A stretch of 64,000 bases of DNA from Thermoplasmatales archaeon SM1-50 (GCA_001595945.1 LSSI01000025.1:14550-78549); one strand, 5' to 3'; positions 37,800 to 47,787 are shown, counted from the stretch's first letter. A program made the numbers and translations. Notes: generated by a model from the sequence alone, not told the origin.

Positions 37800-38655
37800 T
37801 TTTAGTACCCTCTTCAAGTAATTTTCGTATGTTTTTTACAATCAATTCAGCGGTCTTATTGCCTATCCCCTCGATTGCCATTAGGTCATCAAGGTTCATG
37901 GCATAGAGCTCTTCAAGGGAGGTTATCTTCGCTTTTTCCAGTTTTTTTACTACAGAGGGCCCGATCCCAGGGATTTGTGTAATATGCTTAATACCTGTTT
38001 TTTTCTCTAAAGTTATATCTGGTGGTTTTACCTCTGGTTTTATCTCTTCTTTAACAACAAGCGTATAAGAAATCTCGTCAGGAAGTTTTGAATCTGGTTT
38101 CATGATGCGCACTTTCACGCCAAGAACCCCTGGCTTGAGCTTTGCAACTGCATAGCCGACATCCATTACGTTTTTTGCAGTTTCACCACAATATTTAACG
38201 TGTCCTTCAGTGAATTTCTCTGTTCGATGTCGTTCTCCGGTTAATTTACCTGCAAGAATCACCTGACAGCCTTTCGCGCCTGATTGCATGATCCGTCGGA
38301 CCGTCGAATGCCCTGCTCGTCTGAAGTGCCAGCCTCGTTCGAGTGCCTCTGCAAGTTTCTCTGCCATAATCTGGGCATTGAGGGATGCGCTTGACCCTGC
38401 TTCCTGTATTTCGATCTGGGGGTTATCAACTTCAAATTTTGTTCGAATGTTTTCGGTTAGTTCTTTTATCTTCGATCCGCTCTTCCCAATCACCATTCCT
38501 GGTCGTTCTACAAGGATATTGACCCGTGTTCCTATCGGGGTTCGTTGGATGTTCATACCACCAAAACCAGCTCCTTCGATTTCCTTTACCAGGAATTTTT
38601 TGATTAGTGATCTCTTGGCGTTCTCCCTGATAAACTTGCGTTCATTTGCCATCAT
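37783..38655 (-). CDS. rps3: 30S ribosomal protein S3 (uS3) with a C-terminal helix-hairpin-helix extension
   Basis: KH and S3-C domains (VGKSGSKIKELTENIRTKFEV, QSGAKGCQVILAGKLTGERHRTEKFTEGHVKYCGE), plus a ~60-aa C-terminal (HhH)2-like tail ITQIPGIGPSVVKKLEKAKITSLEELYAMNLDDLMAIEGIGNKTAELIVKNIRKL. Confidence 0.9.
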   Translation of the reverse strand: MMANERKFIRENAKRSLIKKFLVKEIEGAGFGGMNIQRTPIGTRVNILVERPGMVIGKSGSKIKELTENIRTKFEVDNPQIEIQEAGSSASLNAQIMAEKLAEALERGWHFRRAGHSTVRRIMQSGAKGCQVILAGKLTGERHRTEKFTEGHVKYCGETAKNVMDVGYAVAKLKPGVLGVKVRIMKPDSKLPDEISYTLVVKEEIKPEVKPPDITLEKKTGIKHITQIPGIGPSVVKKLEKAKITSLEELYAMNLDDLMAIEGIGNKTAELIVKNIRKLLEEGTKNGFKS

Positions 38656-39098
38656 TCTACCTCTTCAAGTATAAGTTCGACATCGGTCGTCGTTTCATTT
38701 TTATCAGTTGCTCTGCCATGAGCACGTGGCATGATGCCTCGGATAATCCGTCCTTGATATGCAGAGATATGGACAATTTTCATTTTATCAACATCAAAGC
38801 CTTTGTATTCTGCGTTGTTCTCTACGTTTTTTACTACTTTTAGCATGTACCGTGCCGCTTTCTCTGGGAAGCTTCCTGGGCCTATCCCTTTTTGATGCAG
38901 TCGTTTCTTATTGTGGTACACCGCAGGGAGCGGCCGTTTTAATGCGATGATCTCTTCGAGGTACTTCTTTGCCTTTTCAACAGTCATCCCTTGTAATGCA
39001 CGAGCCAGGTTCATTGAGTCTTTTTGCGAACAGTGCAATTCGTATCCATAAGCTCGTGCGCTTTTTTCCGTGTCTTTCTCAGTTGAATATTTTGGCAT
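38652..39098 (-). CDS. rpl22: 50S ribosomal protein L22 (uL22)
   Basis: ARAYGYELHCSQKDSMNLARALQGMTVEKAKKYLEEII...MPRAHGRATDKNETTTDVELILEE. Confidence 0.9.
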   Translation of the reverse strand: MPKYSTEKDTEKSARAYGYELHCSQKDSMNLARALQGMTVEKAKKYLEEIIALKRPLPAVYHNKKRLHQKGIGPGSFPEKAARYMLKVVKNVENNAEYKGFDVDKMKIVHISAYQGRIIRGIMPRAHGRATDKNETTTDVELILEEVE

Positions 39099-39104
39099 GG
39101 TTCA

Positions 39105-39560
39105 TCACTTCAGTGGCATGAATTTAGACCCTCTGGTAGCTCCAACACCAGGGCCGGTATGCTTTACTCTTTTACGGGTCAATGCGAACTCTCCCAGATA
39201 ATGTCCTATCATCTGGGGTTGTATGTTTATACGTTCAAACTCTTTTCCGTTATGGATAAGGATGTTATGACCAACAAAATGAGGTAGGATAATCATATTT
39301 CTGCAATGCGTCCGTATTAAATCTCCTTGTTTTGCGTTCTTGATATCGTCCATGAGTTTATTTTCATCTTTCGACAATCCTCGTTTTAAAGTCCTTCTGC
39401 AACGTGCAGTAAGCAACGGTAATAATTCCTCAAGGGAGAGTTTTTTAAGATCCTCTAAAGTTTTTCCGTGATATTGAAACTCCTTTTTTCGTATCTCGAC
39501 TTTTTTCCTGTCTCTTTTACGTCTGCTTTTTGCTGCCGATCCAAATTTAATTTGCGCCAT
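39105..39560 (-). CDS. rps19: 30S ribosomal protein S19 (uS19)
   Basis: IRTHCRNMIILPHFVGHNILIHNGKEFERINIQPQMIGHYLGEFALTRK. Confidence 0.9.
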   Translation of the reverse strand: MAQIKFGSAAKSRRKRDRKKVEIRKKEFQYHGKTLEDLKKLSLEELLPLLTARCRRTLKRGLSKDENKLMDDIKNAKQGDLIRTHCRNMIILPHFVGHNILIHNGKEFERINIQPQMIGHYLGEFALTRKRVKHTGPGVGATRGSKFMPLK

Positions 39561-39565
39561 ATCTC

Positions 39566-40273
39566 TTACCTTTTTCCCGTCCTTCGGGCAGAGAGATTTC
39601 CAACTTTTCTACCAGGTGGTGCACCCCGAGGGACACAGCTTGGTTTACCAATATGTTGATGACTTCCTCCACCATGAGGATGATTCACAGGGTTCATTGC
39701 AACCCCTCGAACAACCGGATAATTTCTTCCTTTTCCCCGTTGTGCATGCCATTTTTTGCCGGCTTTCATAAACGGTTTTTCTTGCCGTCCACCGCCGGCT
39801 GCAATTCCAACTGTTGCTCGACATAATGAATCTAATGATTTGAATTGACCAGAGGGTAGTCGAATGATTGTTTTTTTCGCGTCATGGGAAATCACATACG
39901 CTCCGCTACCACCGGCTCGTACCATTTTTCCGCCATCACCTGGTGTAATTTCAATATTGTAAATTGGGTACCCCTCCGGGATGGTGCCAAGCGGCATGAT
40001 ATTTCCCAGCTCACAATCTGCTTTACTTGCAGTGAATTTTACTTCATGACCAACTGAGGTTCCCTCGGTTGCTATCATCAGCATTTTTTTGTTATTTTGC
40101 ATTCGTACTTCAGCAACAGGGGCACTACGGCCAGGATCATGAAAGAGTCCTTCAACAACCCCTCTTGTGTTTCTCTCATTGGTGTATTGAATGTCCCCTC
40201 GATATTTATGTGACGGGACGTTATAGCGACCTCGGGCTCGTCCTCGGCGTTGTTGGATAAGGTTCTTTCCCAT
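39566..40273 (-). CDS. rpl2: 50S ribosomal protein L2 (uL2)
   Basis: GSGAYVISHDAKKTIIRLPSGQFKSL...GVAMNPVNHPHGGGSHQHIGKPS. Confidence 0.9.
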   Translation of the reverse strand: MGKNLIQQRRGRARGRYNVPSHKYRGDIQYTNERNTRGVVEGLFHDPGRSAPVAEVRMQNNKKMLMIATEGTSVGHEVKFTASKADCELGNIMPLGTIPEGYPIYNIEITPGDGGKMVRAGGSGAYVISHDAKKTIIRLPSGQFKSLDSLCRATVGIAAGGGRQEKPFMKAGKKWHAQRGKGRNYPVVRGVAMNPVNHPHGGGSHQHIGKPSCVPRGAPPGRKVGNLSARRTGKR

Positions 40274-40284
40274 GGTTCACCTCT

Positions 40285-40548
40285 TTAAAATACTCCTATA
40301 CGCATCCCGAGATCCTCTGCCTTGTATTCGGGCATGAAGACAACGGTCGCGTGTTTTCCTTTCGGTGTTATCCGTGTGTTTACTGATTTTACTTTAACGG
40401 AAAATATCTTTTCAACTGCTTTTTTAATCAACGCTTTATTCGCGGTTCTTTTGACTACAAACTCTAATGCATTGTCTTTCTCCATATGGCTCATTGATTT
40501 TTCCGTCACAAATGGATAAAGGATAATTGAATAGGGATCCATTGTCAT
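40285..40548 (-). CDS. rpl23: 50S ribosomal protein L23 (uL23)
   Basis: ILYPFVTEKSMSHMEKDNALEFVVKRTANKALIKKAVEKIFSVKVKSVNT. Confidence 0.9.
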   Translation of the reverse strand: MTMDPYSIILYPFVTEKSMSHMEKDNALEFVVKRTANKALIKKAVEKIFSVKVKSVNTRITPKGKHATVVFMPEYKAEDLGMRIGVF

Positions 40549-41315
40549 TATTTTGTACCTCCAACCTGTTCTAAAGCAGATTTCGTAAAAACAGTAAGTC
40601 TGCCGGCAATTCCACCTGGTGCAAGGTGTTCAATATTAAGTTGAGGTGGTTTTATGATGTCAACGCCGCTTAGATTCTGGGAACTTTTTTCTATCCCATC
40701 TTTTGTCGCTACAATGAGTATTGATTTTGGTTTACGGTATTTTCGCCCTCGCATTTTTCCTTTGCCGGCTCGTATGTGCATTCCGTTTGCCGCCCGCTCT
40801 ATATCTGAGTAGATGCCGATTTTCTCCAATACTTTGATTACCTCTTTTGTCTTCTTAATCTTTTCAAAGTCGTCATCGACAACGATAGGTAAGGTAATTT
40901 TTCCGTCGAAATCATGCCCTCTTTTTGTCACAATCTCCTTAGTCGCGGTTGCAGCTAGAGCTGAATTGCGAGCAAGCTGGTTTTCTTTTTTGTTCACTTT
41001 TTCTTTCCAGTCTCGTTCTACTTTTGGGGGGTGTGCACGTCTGCCCCCGACTACATTAGGAGCTAGTGCCGCGGAGTGCCCTTGAGTCAACCTGGGTACT
41101 CGGGACATTCCTCTGCCTTTTCCAACGGATGCAACTGCATGTCTGGTTCCAGCGTATGGATCTGAACCATAGGGCTGCCGTTTGTTTGCATGGATAACCT
41201 CAAATGACTTCTTGATAATGTCAGGACGATACGGTGTCTCAAAGACTTTTGGTAAATCGATTTTTTCTTTCACCGATCCGTCCATTCCATAGATATTCAC
41301 TTTCGTCATGATCAT
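40548..41315 (-). CDS. rpl4: 50S ribosomal protein L4 (uL4)
   Basis: GTRHAVASVGKGRGMSRVPRLTQGHSAALAPNVVGGRRAHPPK. Confidence 0.9.
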   Translation of the reverse strand: MIMTKVNIYGMDGSVKEKIDLPKVFETPYRPDIIKKSFEVIHANKRQPYGSDPYAGTRHAVASVGKGRGMSRVPRLTQGHSAALAPNVVGGRRAHPPKVERDWKEKVNKKENQLARNSALAATATKEIVTKRGHDFDGKITLPIVVDDDFEKIKKTKEVIKVLEKIGIYSDIERAANGMHIRAGKGKMRGRKYRKPKSILIVATKDGIEKSSQNLSGVDIIKPPQLNIEHLAPGGIAGRLTVFTKSALEQVGGTK

Positions 41316-42304
41316 GCTCCTTGTTTACTGGTTGTAGAGATATAGGTGATCTCGGCTTTCTGGATTTTCACACCACGTTGATATCGGATGGCATCTCGCA
41401 TACCAATGAGTCGTTTCACTGGTCCAGGAATCGAACCATGGATGAGGATGTAGGAGTTGCGGATCACACCATAATTTGGGAACCCGCCAGCTGGAGTAAT
41501 CTCTTCTCCGTTTTCCCCGATTTTCAAGACACGTTTGTTATACTCAGTTCGTTGATGGTAACCCATCTGCCCGGCTTGTGGGACCATTGCTTGAACCCAA
41601 CTAGGATGCCAGGAACCAGCTGTTCCAATCATTCTGCGGTGTTTTGAGTTTTTATGATATAACAGTTTTACGTGGTGTCTTTTAACGGTGCCTTGCCACC
41701 CTTTTCCCTTGGTGACAGCAATGGTATCAAGCATGTCTCCTTCTTTGACAACATCATTTATTTTCAGTTCCTTTCCAAGGATTTTTTTTGCGTATTTGAT
41801 TTGATCTTCAATAGATCCACCGCCGATTTTCACCTCGCTTATATCCGGCGCTTTCTTGGTAGTTCCGGTGACAAACTTTGGCTGTGTGTATAGGATTACT
41901 CGGATTTCATCAGCATCTTTGGTGATATCCCAAGTTTTCTCTTTTTGATTTTTTACTAGAGGAACTCGGCGTGCTAACTCCGCATCAAGTTTTTCCGCCC
42001 AGATTTCACCAACACATTGTAACCCATACGCAGATTTCTGATATGCTCGTACTGCCGCTACTTTCATTGGTGGTGTTTCGACAACTGTGACCGCCATCTT
42101 GACTTCTCTACCTGAGGTTGTTGAAGTCGGTCGGTAATCGACGATGAATGCATGGGTCATTCCGGCCTTATATCCAAAGAAACCTTGGATTTTTGGTTTG
42201 TCGTTTCCTTCTGCCCAGTTTTTAATGTGGGGTGTTTCTGTTTTCGCTCTTTTACGTGGCCAATAGCCATGCGACCCTCGCTTTGGACGATGAATATCTG
42301 GCAT
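41312..42304 (-). CDS. rpl3: 50S ribosomal protein L3 (uL3)
   Basis: RPKRGSHGYWPRKRAKTETPHIKNW...KGKGWQGTVKRHHVKLLYHKNSKHRRMIGTAGSWHPSWV. Confidence 0.9.
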   Translation of the reverse strand: MPDIHRPKRGSHGYWPRKRAKTETPHIKNWAEGNDKPKIQGFFGYKAGMTHAFIVDYRPTSTTSGREVKMAVTVVETPPMKVAAVRAYQKSAYGLQCVGEIWAEKLDAELARRVPLVKNQKEKTWDITKDADEIRVILYTQPKFVTGTTKKAPDISEVKIGGGSIEDQIKYAKKILGKELKINDVVKEGDMLDTIAVTKGKGWQGTVKRHHVKLLYHKNSKHRRMIGTAGSWHPSWVQAMVPQAGQMGYHQRTEYNKRVLKIGENGEEITPAGGFPNYGVIRNSYILIHGSIPGPVKRLIGMRDAIRYQRGVKIQKAEITYISTTSKQGA

Positions 42305-42704
42305 AATATAGCCTCTGTTTTTATCTTGTAATTATTAGATGTTCTATTGTATCTTAACCGTGACATTTCCGAAACAATCAAAAACCATAGGCATTGTTTC
42401 TTACCGGGATTCTTATGGAATTGCCCGATCATGTCTGGTCAAGATAGGAAGTAAGGCATAAAAGAATTGGTATATAAAGTTATTCCCGAAGACCAGTAGT
42501 TCCGAAAGTAGGTCTTAAATTTTAAGATCCAGCCCATAATTCATAGATCTAGGTAAAAAAATATTGATTTTCAGCATCAAAATACTAAAATAGGCATCAA
42601 AAATCGAGGACTAAATCAAAAAATTACAGACGGAGGAAAAGCTTCCACTATGATAAAAGAATAAAACATCAAAAAATTTAGCGATTTATCCCAGTTAATA
42701 TTTT

Positions 42705-43358
42705 CTATTTGATCACATCGGTTTCATTTGCATATGCTTGCTTCGGCATAATGCTACTTGCTATCCCAGCAGCAACCGCTATCTTTACTATATCACCAAT
42801 GATAAATGGGATAAAACCCATGAGAAGCAGACCCCAAAAGTCAACTGGCATCTTGCTTAACGATAACCAGCCATATAACTGCAACAAGCCAAGTCCAAAG
42901 ACGATTCCGAAATTGGCGCACAACATCAAAGCAAACATCGCCCAGTATCTCCGCGATCGAACATAATTATCAACACAATATCCAAGAAAAAACGCGGCTA
43001 GCACAAAACCAATAAGATACCCACCAGTTGGACCAGCAAGATACGTAAATCCACCGTTCATACCAGCAAACCAAGGTACTCCTGCAAGCCCAATACCAAG
43101 ATACATGCTTTGACTAATACCACCCCACCATTTACCAAGAACCACCGCGCTAAGTAAAACCGCAAACGTTTGCCCTGTCAGAGGAACCGGAGACCCTGGA
43201 AGATAAAAACGCACTTGTGCCATAAGCGCTGTAATACAAGCAAAACTTACCGCAAGAATCACTTTGTTGTACGCTTCAAGCTGATAGCGCCATTTGAAAA
43301 ACGCGTAGCGAGCATATTTGTATTTATGAATATACATCGGTATTTCCATGTGAATCAA
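42705..43358 (-). CDS. bioY: BioY-family biotin transporter S-component
   Basis: Five or six TM protein with the BioY core GSPVPLTGQTFAVLLSAVVLGKWWGGISQSMYLGIGLAGVPWFAG. Confidence 0.7.
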   Translation of the reverse strand: MIHMEIPMYIHKYKYARYAFFKWRYQLEAYNKVILAVSFACITALMAQVRFYLPGSPVPLTGQTFAVLLSAVVLGKWWGGISQSMYLGIGLAGVPWFAGMNGGFTYLAGPTGGYLIGFVLAAFFLGYCVDNYVRSRRYWAMFALMLCANFGIVFGLGLLQLYGWLSLSKMPVDFWGLLLMGFIPFIIGDIVKIAVAAGIASSIMPKQAYANETDVIK

Positions 43359-43596
43359 CTTCTATGAAAGAGAAATTCAAAAGGGGTAACAGATACTGAT
43401 AAAAGAAGGTTTCTATTAATCCCGATACTATTATTTTACTCAAAGAAAATAAGGTTTTAAAGAGTTGTTTCCACCCCTTTAAACGTAAGTCTATTTGCCC
43501 TTATCGTTATATTTTATTTAAAAAATTCACTAGGCACGGTTTAAACCTAAAATGAAAGGTCATTATTTCGAGAAGTTCAGATGGACTTATATCAAT

Positions 43597-44514
43597 CTAG
43601 AAGTCTGACGTTATTCTAACCCAGACAGCAGAACCAAGATAATCATAGTCTCCTCCAGTCCAATACAACGACTTCATCCAACCAATTTTAAAGCCACTAA
43701 AACCAACTACTGCAGGGTATCCTAACACTATCGGTGCCTCTGGAGCATACCAAGGCCAATAGGTACCTTGTATGGGAAGAGCACCTGTCATGCTCCCTTT
43801 GTTCTTCTGTATTCCAAAGACACCAATGCTAGTCACCCATCCTGACGCAGGATATTCTATATTCATATTAGGGTCCTGACAACCAACATAGATGATATTC
43901 AATACATTTAAAGGGTTAATATTACAGAGCACATACCAATTCAACGAAATAAAAAATAATGCATAAGATAACAAGCGAACATCATAACTATATAAAATTT
44001 CTGAAATTATCATCGACAGTCGTGCTCCAGCAGTCTCAAACCATGTATGATTTGTATGTCCAACGACCAAACAAAACAGGTTTCTCCTATTATTCACAGA
44101 AGAACCATACAATATCCTCCCTCCCCTTAATGCACCTGGTAAAGAAACACTACGAGAAGAAGAAGTTACAATGTCCTGTGCTTGCCGTACACTCATCCCC
44201 TCTGGCAATAACCCATACTTGTCCAGCTCCACCACCGCATCCTTGAACAATGGGATTGCTTCCTCCCTAGATGTTGTCTGATTCAACCGTGCTCTGAACT
44301 CAACTAGATACTGCTCCAGGTCTTGGTATTGTTCTCTGGTGAGCTTGACCGTGGTATCCTTATATCCTTTGATGCCACAGGCTTGCGAAGTGACTTCGAC
44401 AAGGTCATCATCAATGGATGCTGTGACAACACTGTGGTTTATGCTAGGTGCGACTGCAATACCGATGAAAAAAAGGATAATGCTTACTGCAAGGATTTTC
44501 TTCATTTCCACCAA
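43597..44514 (-). CDS. Hypothetical secreted or membrane-anchored protein
   Basis: N-terminal TM/signal segment (MKKILAVSIILFFIGIAVAPS). No family recognised. Confidence 0.45.
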   Translation of the reverse strand: MVEMKKILAVSIILFFIGIAVAPSINHSVVTASIDDDLVEVTSQACGIKGYKDTTVKLTREQYQDLEQYLVEFRARLNQTTSREEAIPLFKDAVVELDKYGLLPEGMSVRQAQDIVTSSSRSVSLPGALRGGRILYGSSVNNRRNLFCLVVGHTNHTWFETAGARLSMIISEILYSYDVRLLSYALFFISLNWYVLCNINPLNVLNIIYVGCQDPNMNIEYPASGWVTSIGVFGIQKNKGSMTGALPIQGTYWPWYAPEAPIVLGYPAVVGFSGFKIGWMKSLYWTGGDYDYLGSAVWVRITSDF

Positions 44515-44623
44515 CCCACCCCAGGGATATCATAGGGTTCTTAAGCAGGATGCCAGTCAAATTGAAGCACGACTGGGAGAAAAATTATTCCGTATAAATC
44601 ACCCTGTAAAATATTTAAAATCA

Positions 44624-45502
44624 CTAATATTCTTTGCCATATAACACAAGGGTTCCTGCAATGGGTCTGGGAGCTGTTGTATTCCAATCATCCCAATAGT
44701 TATTATTCCAACGTGGTAGGTAAAAAAGTGGAAGGACGAGTAATGATTGGATATTCCATATACTATATACTTCTACGTGTCGATTATTGTGAATAAAATT
44801 ATTAGAATTGATTTTCGCATGACAACCCCTGGATGATATTCCCATGTAGTTACGTTCAAATTGGTAATATTCAATGGAAATCTTTCCGCCTCCTTCTGCG
44901 AGTATTCCAAAAGGATTGGAAAGAAAGTAGTTGTCATGAATGGAATGCACACCGATTTTTACGATACCACAAACACCGGCATCGGTGTTATTGAAAAAAA
45001 CGTTATTATATATCTCACTTTGAGTGGCTAAGTTAAGATATACTCCCTGAGCGCATTTCGTAATGATATTATTCGAGATGATAACAGGGGTTGCACCTAT
45101 AAAAAAACCTACACCTTCGCCTGCATTTTGAACAGTAAACCCTTGGATATGTGCTCCACCACCTGCATGAAAAACCACTGAAAATATTCCTTGTCCATCG
45201 ACGATAGTCGCGTCCTTTTTTTCACCAATCAGCGTTATTTGTTTAGAGATTTTAATACTGTATTCATAATAAGTCCCTTCGTACACAAATATTGTATCCC
45301 CATCACTCGCATTATCTATCGCATCCTGAATCCTTGTGTAGTTCCCTGGTCCACTCCCACCGACATACAACCACTCTCCTCTTGATGATGAGAGTGATGT
45401 CCTAGTATCTTGTGCTATCGCTGGTGCATACGCTATCCCAACAAATAAGAGAATGATTCCAACCGCCAACCATTTCCTTTTCATAATTATGATTCCATAC
45501 AT
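44624..45502 (-). CDS. Secreted right-handed parallel beta-helix repeat protein (PbH1/NosD-like)
   Basis: Signal peptide, then tandem ~22-aa beta-helix rungs with N/G/I-rich motifs (IQGFTVQNAGEGVGFFI, IISNNIITKCAQGVYLN, SEIYNNVFFNNTDAGVCGI). Confidence 0.55.
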   Translation of the reverse strand: MYGIIIMKRKWLAVGIILLFVGIAYAPAIAQDTRTSLSSSRGEWLYVGGSGPGNYTRIQDAIDNASDGDTIFVYEGTYYEYSIKISKQITLIGEKKDATIVDGQGIFSVVFHAGGGAHIQGFTVQNAGEGVGFFIGATPVIISNNIITKCAQGVYLNLATQSEIYNNVFFNNTDAGVCGIVKIGVHSIHDNYFLSNPFGILAEGGGKISIEYYQFERNYMGISSRGCHAKINSNNFIHNNRHVEVYSIWNIQSLLVLPLFYLPRWNNNYWDDWNTTAPRPIAGTLVLYGKEY

Positions 45503-45549
45503 TGAGTAAATATTTTGTATTTATTTTTTGAAGGTTGATTACAAAACGC

Positions 45550-46179
45550 CTAAATGGGATAGAGAATCTTGATATAATCCTGGGCAGTTGGGCAGTTCAG
45601 AAGAGCTGTAATGAACTGATGAATTTGCATTGTAATTAATACATAGATTGCTAAACAAAGAGTGAATAAAAAGAAGATTATACATCCGGATTTTGTTGTA
45701 AAACATTGCGTTGTTTGACAGAATTCTGTTGCATATCTAGCATTGGAATCAAAGGTTTGAAGATTTATCTGATGTAAAAATAGGGGGTCCTCTTTTATTT
45801 GTTTGAGTAACATCCTTATTTCTCTTGAGGTTTCATCTGTGATTTGGTGATTTTGCTGCATATGTTTTATAACAAAAACTATGAATGTGTTAAATGTTGC
45901 CTCGTCCATCTTTTTGATATAGACAAGGGTTCTTTGTAGTGAATCTGTGTTATTATTTCTTGTTGGGAATTGTAAGATACTTTCTTTTCCCATCCCAAGA
46001 TACTGATATGTTAGAATATTCTGTTGTCGGTTTGTTGCTCTTTGTGTCCTTGTTTGAAATAATAGTGAATCATTCACAGATGATTTCACCGATTGATACC
46101 CCACCACATTACTCAACGAACCCAGCACAAGAAGAACCACAGCACAGAGACTAACCAATATCAGAGGTTTTTTCTCCAT
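45550..46179 (-). CDS. Hypothetical membrane protein (N-terminal signal/TM, C-terminal TM)
   Basis: Hydrophobic N- and C-termini. No recognised family. Confidence 0.4.
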   Translation of the reverse strand: MEKKPLILVSLCAVVLLVLGSLSNVVGYQSVKSSVNDSLLFQTRTQRATNRQQNILTYQYLGMGKESILQFPTRNNNTDSLQRTLVYIKKMDEATFNTFIVFVIKHMQQNHQITDETSREIRMLLKQIKEDPLFLHQINLQTFDSNARYATEFCQTTQCFTTKSGCIIFFLFTLCLAIYVLITMQIHQFITALLNCPTAQDYIKILYPI

Positions 46180-46512
46180 AACTTTCCTACCCCGTTATAT
46201 GATTACATTATCTCTTCTTCCCTTTAAAAACATATTCTTTAGAAAAATTGGGTAACAAGTGTTAAATATCATAAAAAGAGAAAAATAAAAATCACATAAA
46301 TAGGCTGAAGGGAAAACAGTGACATAAATTTATTATTCCAAACAAAAAATAGTTATAAAAGAAGTTTTTGCCTCTTTTTTCAGGCCATCCTGAAGAAAAA
46401 ATAATCAATCAATAGAAAACCTTCTCACTTAATTTCAAAATTTTTACCACCTTGGGGATTTAACTCATTTTTAGAGAAACATAGTTAAAGAAATCCTACG
46501 ATACAACTGCGT

Positions 46513-47787
46513 ATGTTTCAGGTACCTCGAGGAACACGCGATTTTATTCCAGGTGAAATGCAGAAACGCCGCTATTTAGAACAAAGCATGGCAGCGACAT
46601 TCACCTCGTTTGGATATGGAGAAATCCGGACACCGACATTCGAAAACTTAGAACTTTTCGCCGCAAAATCCGGTGAATCCATCATCAACGAACTCTACGC
46701 GTTTACCGATAAAGGCGGAAGAAAACTAGCGTTACGCCCGGAGCTTACTGCTCCCGTGATACGGTGTTATGTCGAACGGTTGCAGATGGAACCAAAGCCA
46801 CTTAAATTATTTTATTTTGGGAACTGCTACCGCTATGACCGACCACAGAAAGGAAGATATCGGGAGTTCCAGCAGGCAGGTTGTGAGATTATCGGTGCTG
46901 ATACCTCTGAAGCAACCGCAGAGTTACTTGCTCTCGCATTTACACTGTTAAAAAACACAGGTCTGAAAAACATTCAACTGCAAATCGGCAATCTCACACT
47001 TATAAGTGCGATTTTGAAGAAATTACATCTCTTGGAAGATGACCAAAAAAGACTCTTACCTTTCATCGATAAAGCCCAGTTTGATGATGCAAAAAGTATA
47101 TTGAGGGACTGTAATGTAAAAGAGAACGATGCAGAAAGGTTCATCAGTATCCTTCAGACTTCAGATACTAACGAAATCCGAAGATTCATCGCTGACGATA
47201 CCCAAGCTGTAAAAGAGCTCGATGCCATGCAAACAATCCTTAGTTTACTAAGTAATGCATTTCATATCAGCGAATATGAAATTAAATTAAGCATCGTACG
47301 AGGTCTTGATTATTACAAAGGCTTAGTTTTTGAAATCGATGCTCCAATACTCGGTGCTGAAAAACAACTATGTGGAGGCGGTTCTTATGAACTTGTTTCC
47401 ATATTTGGAGGCTCTCAGGTTCCCACCTCCGGTTTCGCGATAGGATTTGACAGAACAATTCTTGCCTTGGAAGAAGAGGGATTTACGTTCCCACCCTTGA
47501 AACTTGATGTATTTATTATCCCCGTCAATCAAGACATGGTTACGACAGCCATTCAGATTGCTCAAAATTTACGAAGTCATGGGCTTTCTGTTGACTTTGA
47601 ACAACTCCGGCGAGGTATAGGCAGATCTTTAAAATACGCGGACGCAAAACATGTCGAGCGGGTCATCATTGTCGGACCAAAAGAATTGGAGAAGAATACT
47701 GTCACAATACGGAATATGAAAACCGGGAATCAAGAGACAGTGGGAATTGCAGAGATTTACGCAAAACTGACAACACCTGACATGTAA
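46513..47787 (+). CDS. hisS: Histidine--tRNA ligase
   Basis: Class II aaRS with the HisRS N-terminus VPRGTRDFIPGEMQKRRYLEQ, motif 2 (RYDRPQKGRYREFQQ) and a C-terminal anticodon-binding domain. Confidence 0.9.
   Translation: MFQVPRGTRDFIPGEMQKRRYLEQSMAATFTSFGYGEIRTPTFENLELFAAKSGESIINELYAFTDKGGRKLALRPELTAPVIRCYVERLQMEPKPLKLFYFGNCYRYDRPQKGRYREFQQAGCEIIGADTSEATAELLALAFTLLKNTGLKNIQLQIGNLTLISAILKKLHLLEDDQKRLLPFIDKAQFDDAKSILRDCNVKENDAERFISILQTSDTNEIRRFIADDTQAVKELDAMQTILSLLSNAFHISEYEIKLSIVRGLDYYKGLVFEIDAPILGAEKQLCGGGSYELVSIFGGSQVPTSGFAIGFDRTILALEEEGFTFPPLKLDVFIIPVNQDMVTTAIQIAQNLRSHGLSVDFEQLRRGIGRSLKYADAKHVERVIIVGPKELEKNTVTIRNMKTGNQETVGIAEIYAKLTTPDM

Noticed and set aside
29162-42432. Numerous 60-170 aa ORFs antisense to or overlapping ribosomal protein genes (for example 30629-31144, 31104-31520, 32469-32822, 33194-33568, 35559-35948, 36418-36762, 37316-37624, 38288-38674, 41321-41647)
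   Set aside because: Each overlaps a high-confidence conserved r-protein gene on the opposite strand or in another frame. None has recognisable motifs.
42305-42704. Possible tRNA or other RNA gene in the 400-bp gap between rpl3 and bioY, and in other gaps at 8100-8247, 16797-17016 and 46180-46512
   Set aside because: No segment shows the GC-rich acceptor and T-arm pattern (GTTC-R-A-NNC) of tRNAs. These gaps are AT-rich and more likely promoter or terminator regions. A covariance-model scan would be needed to be sure.
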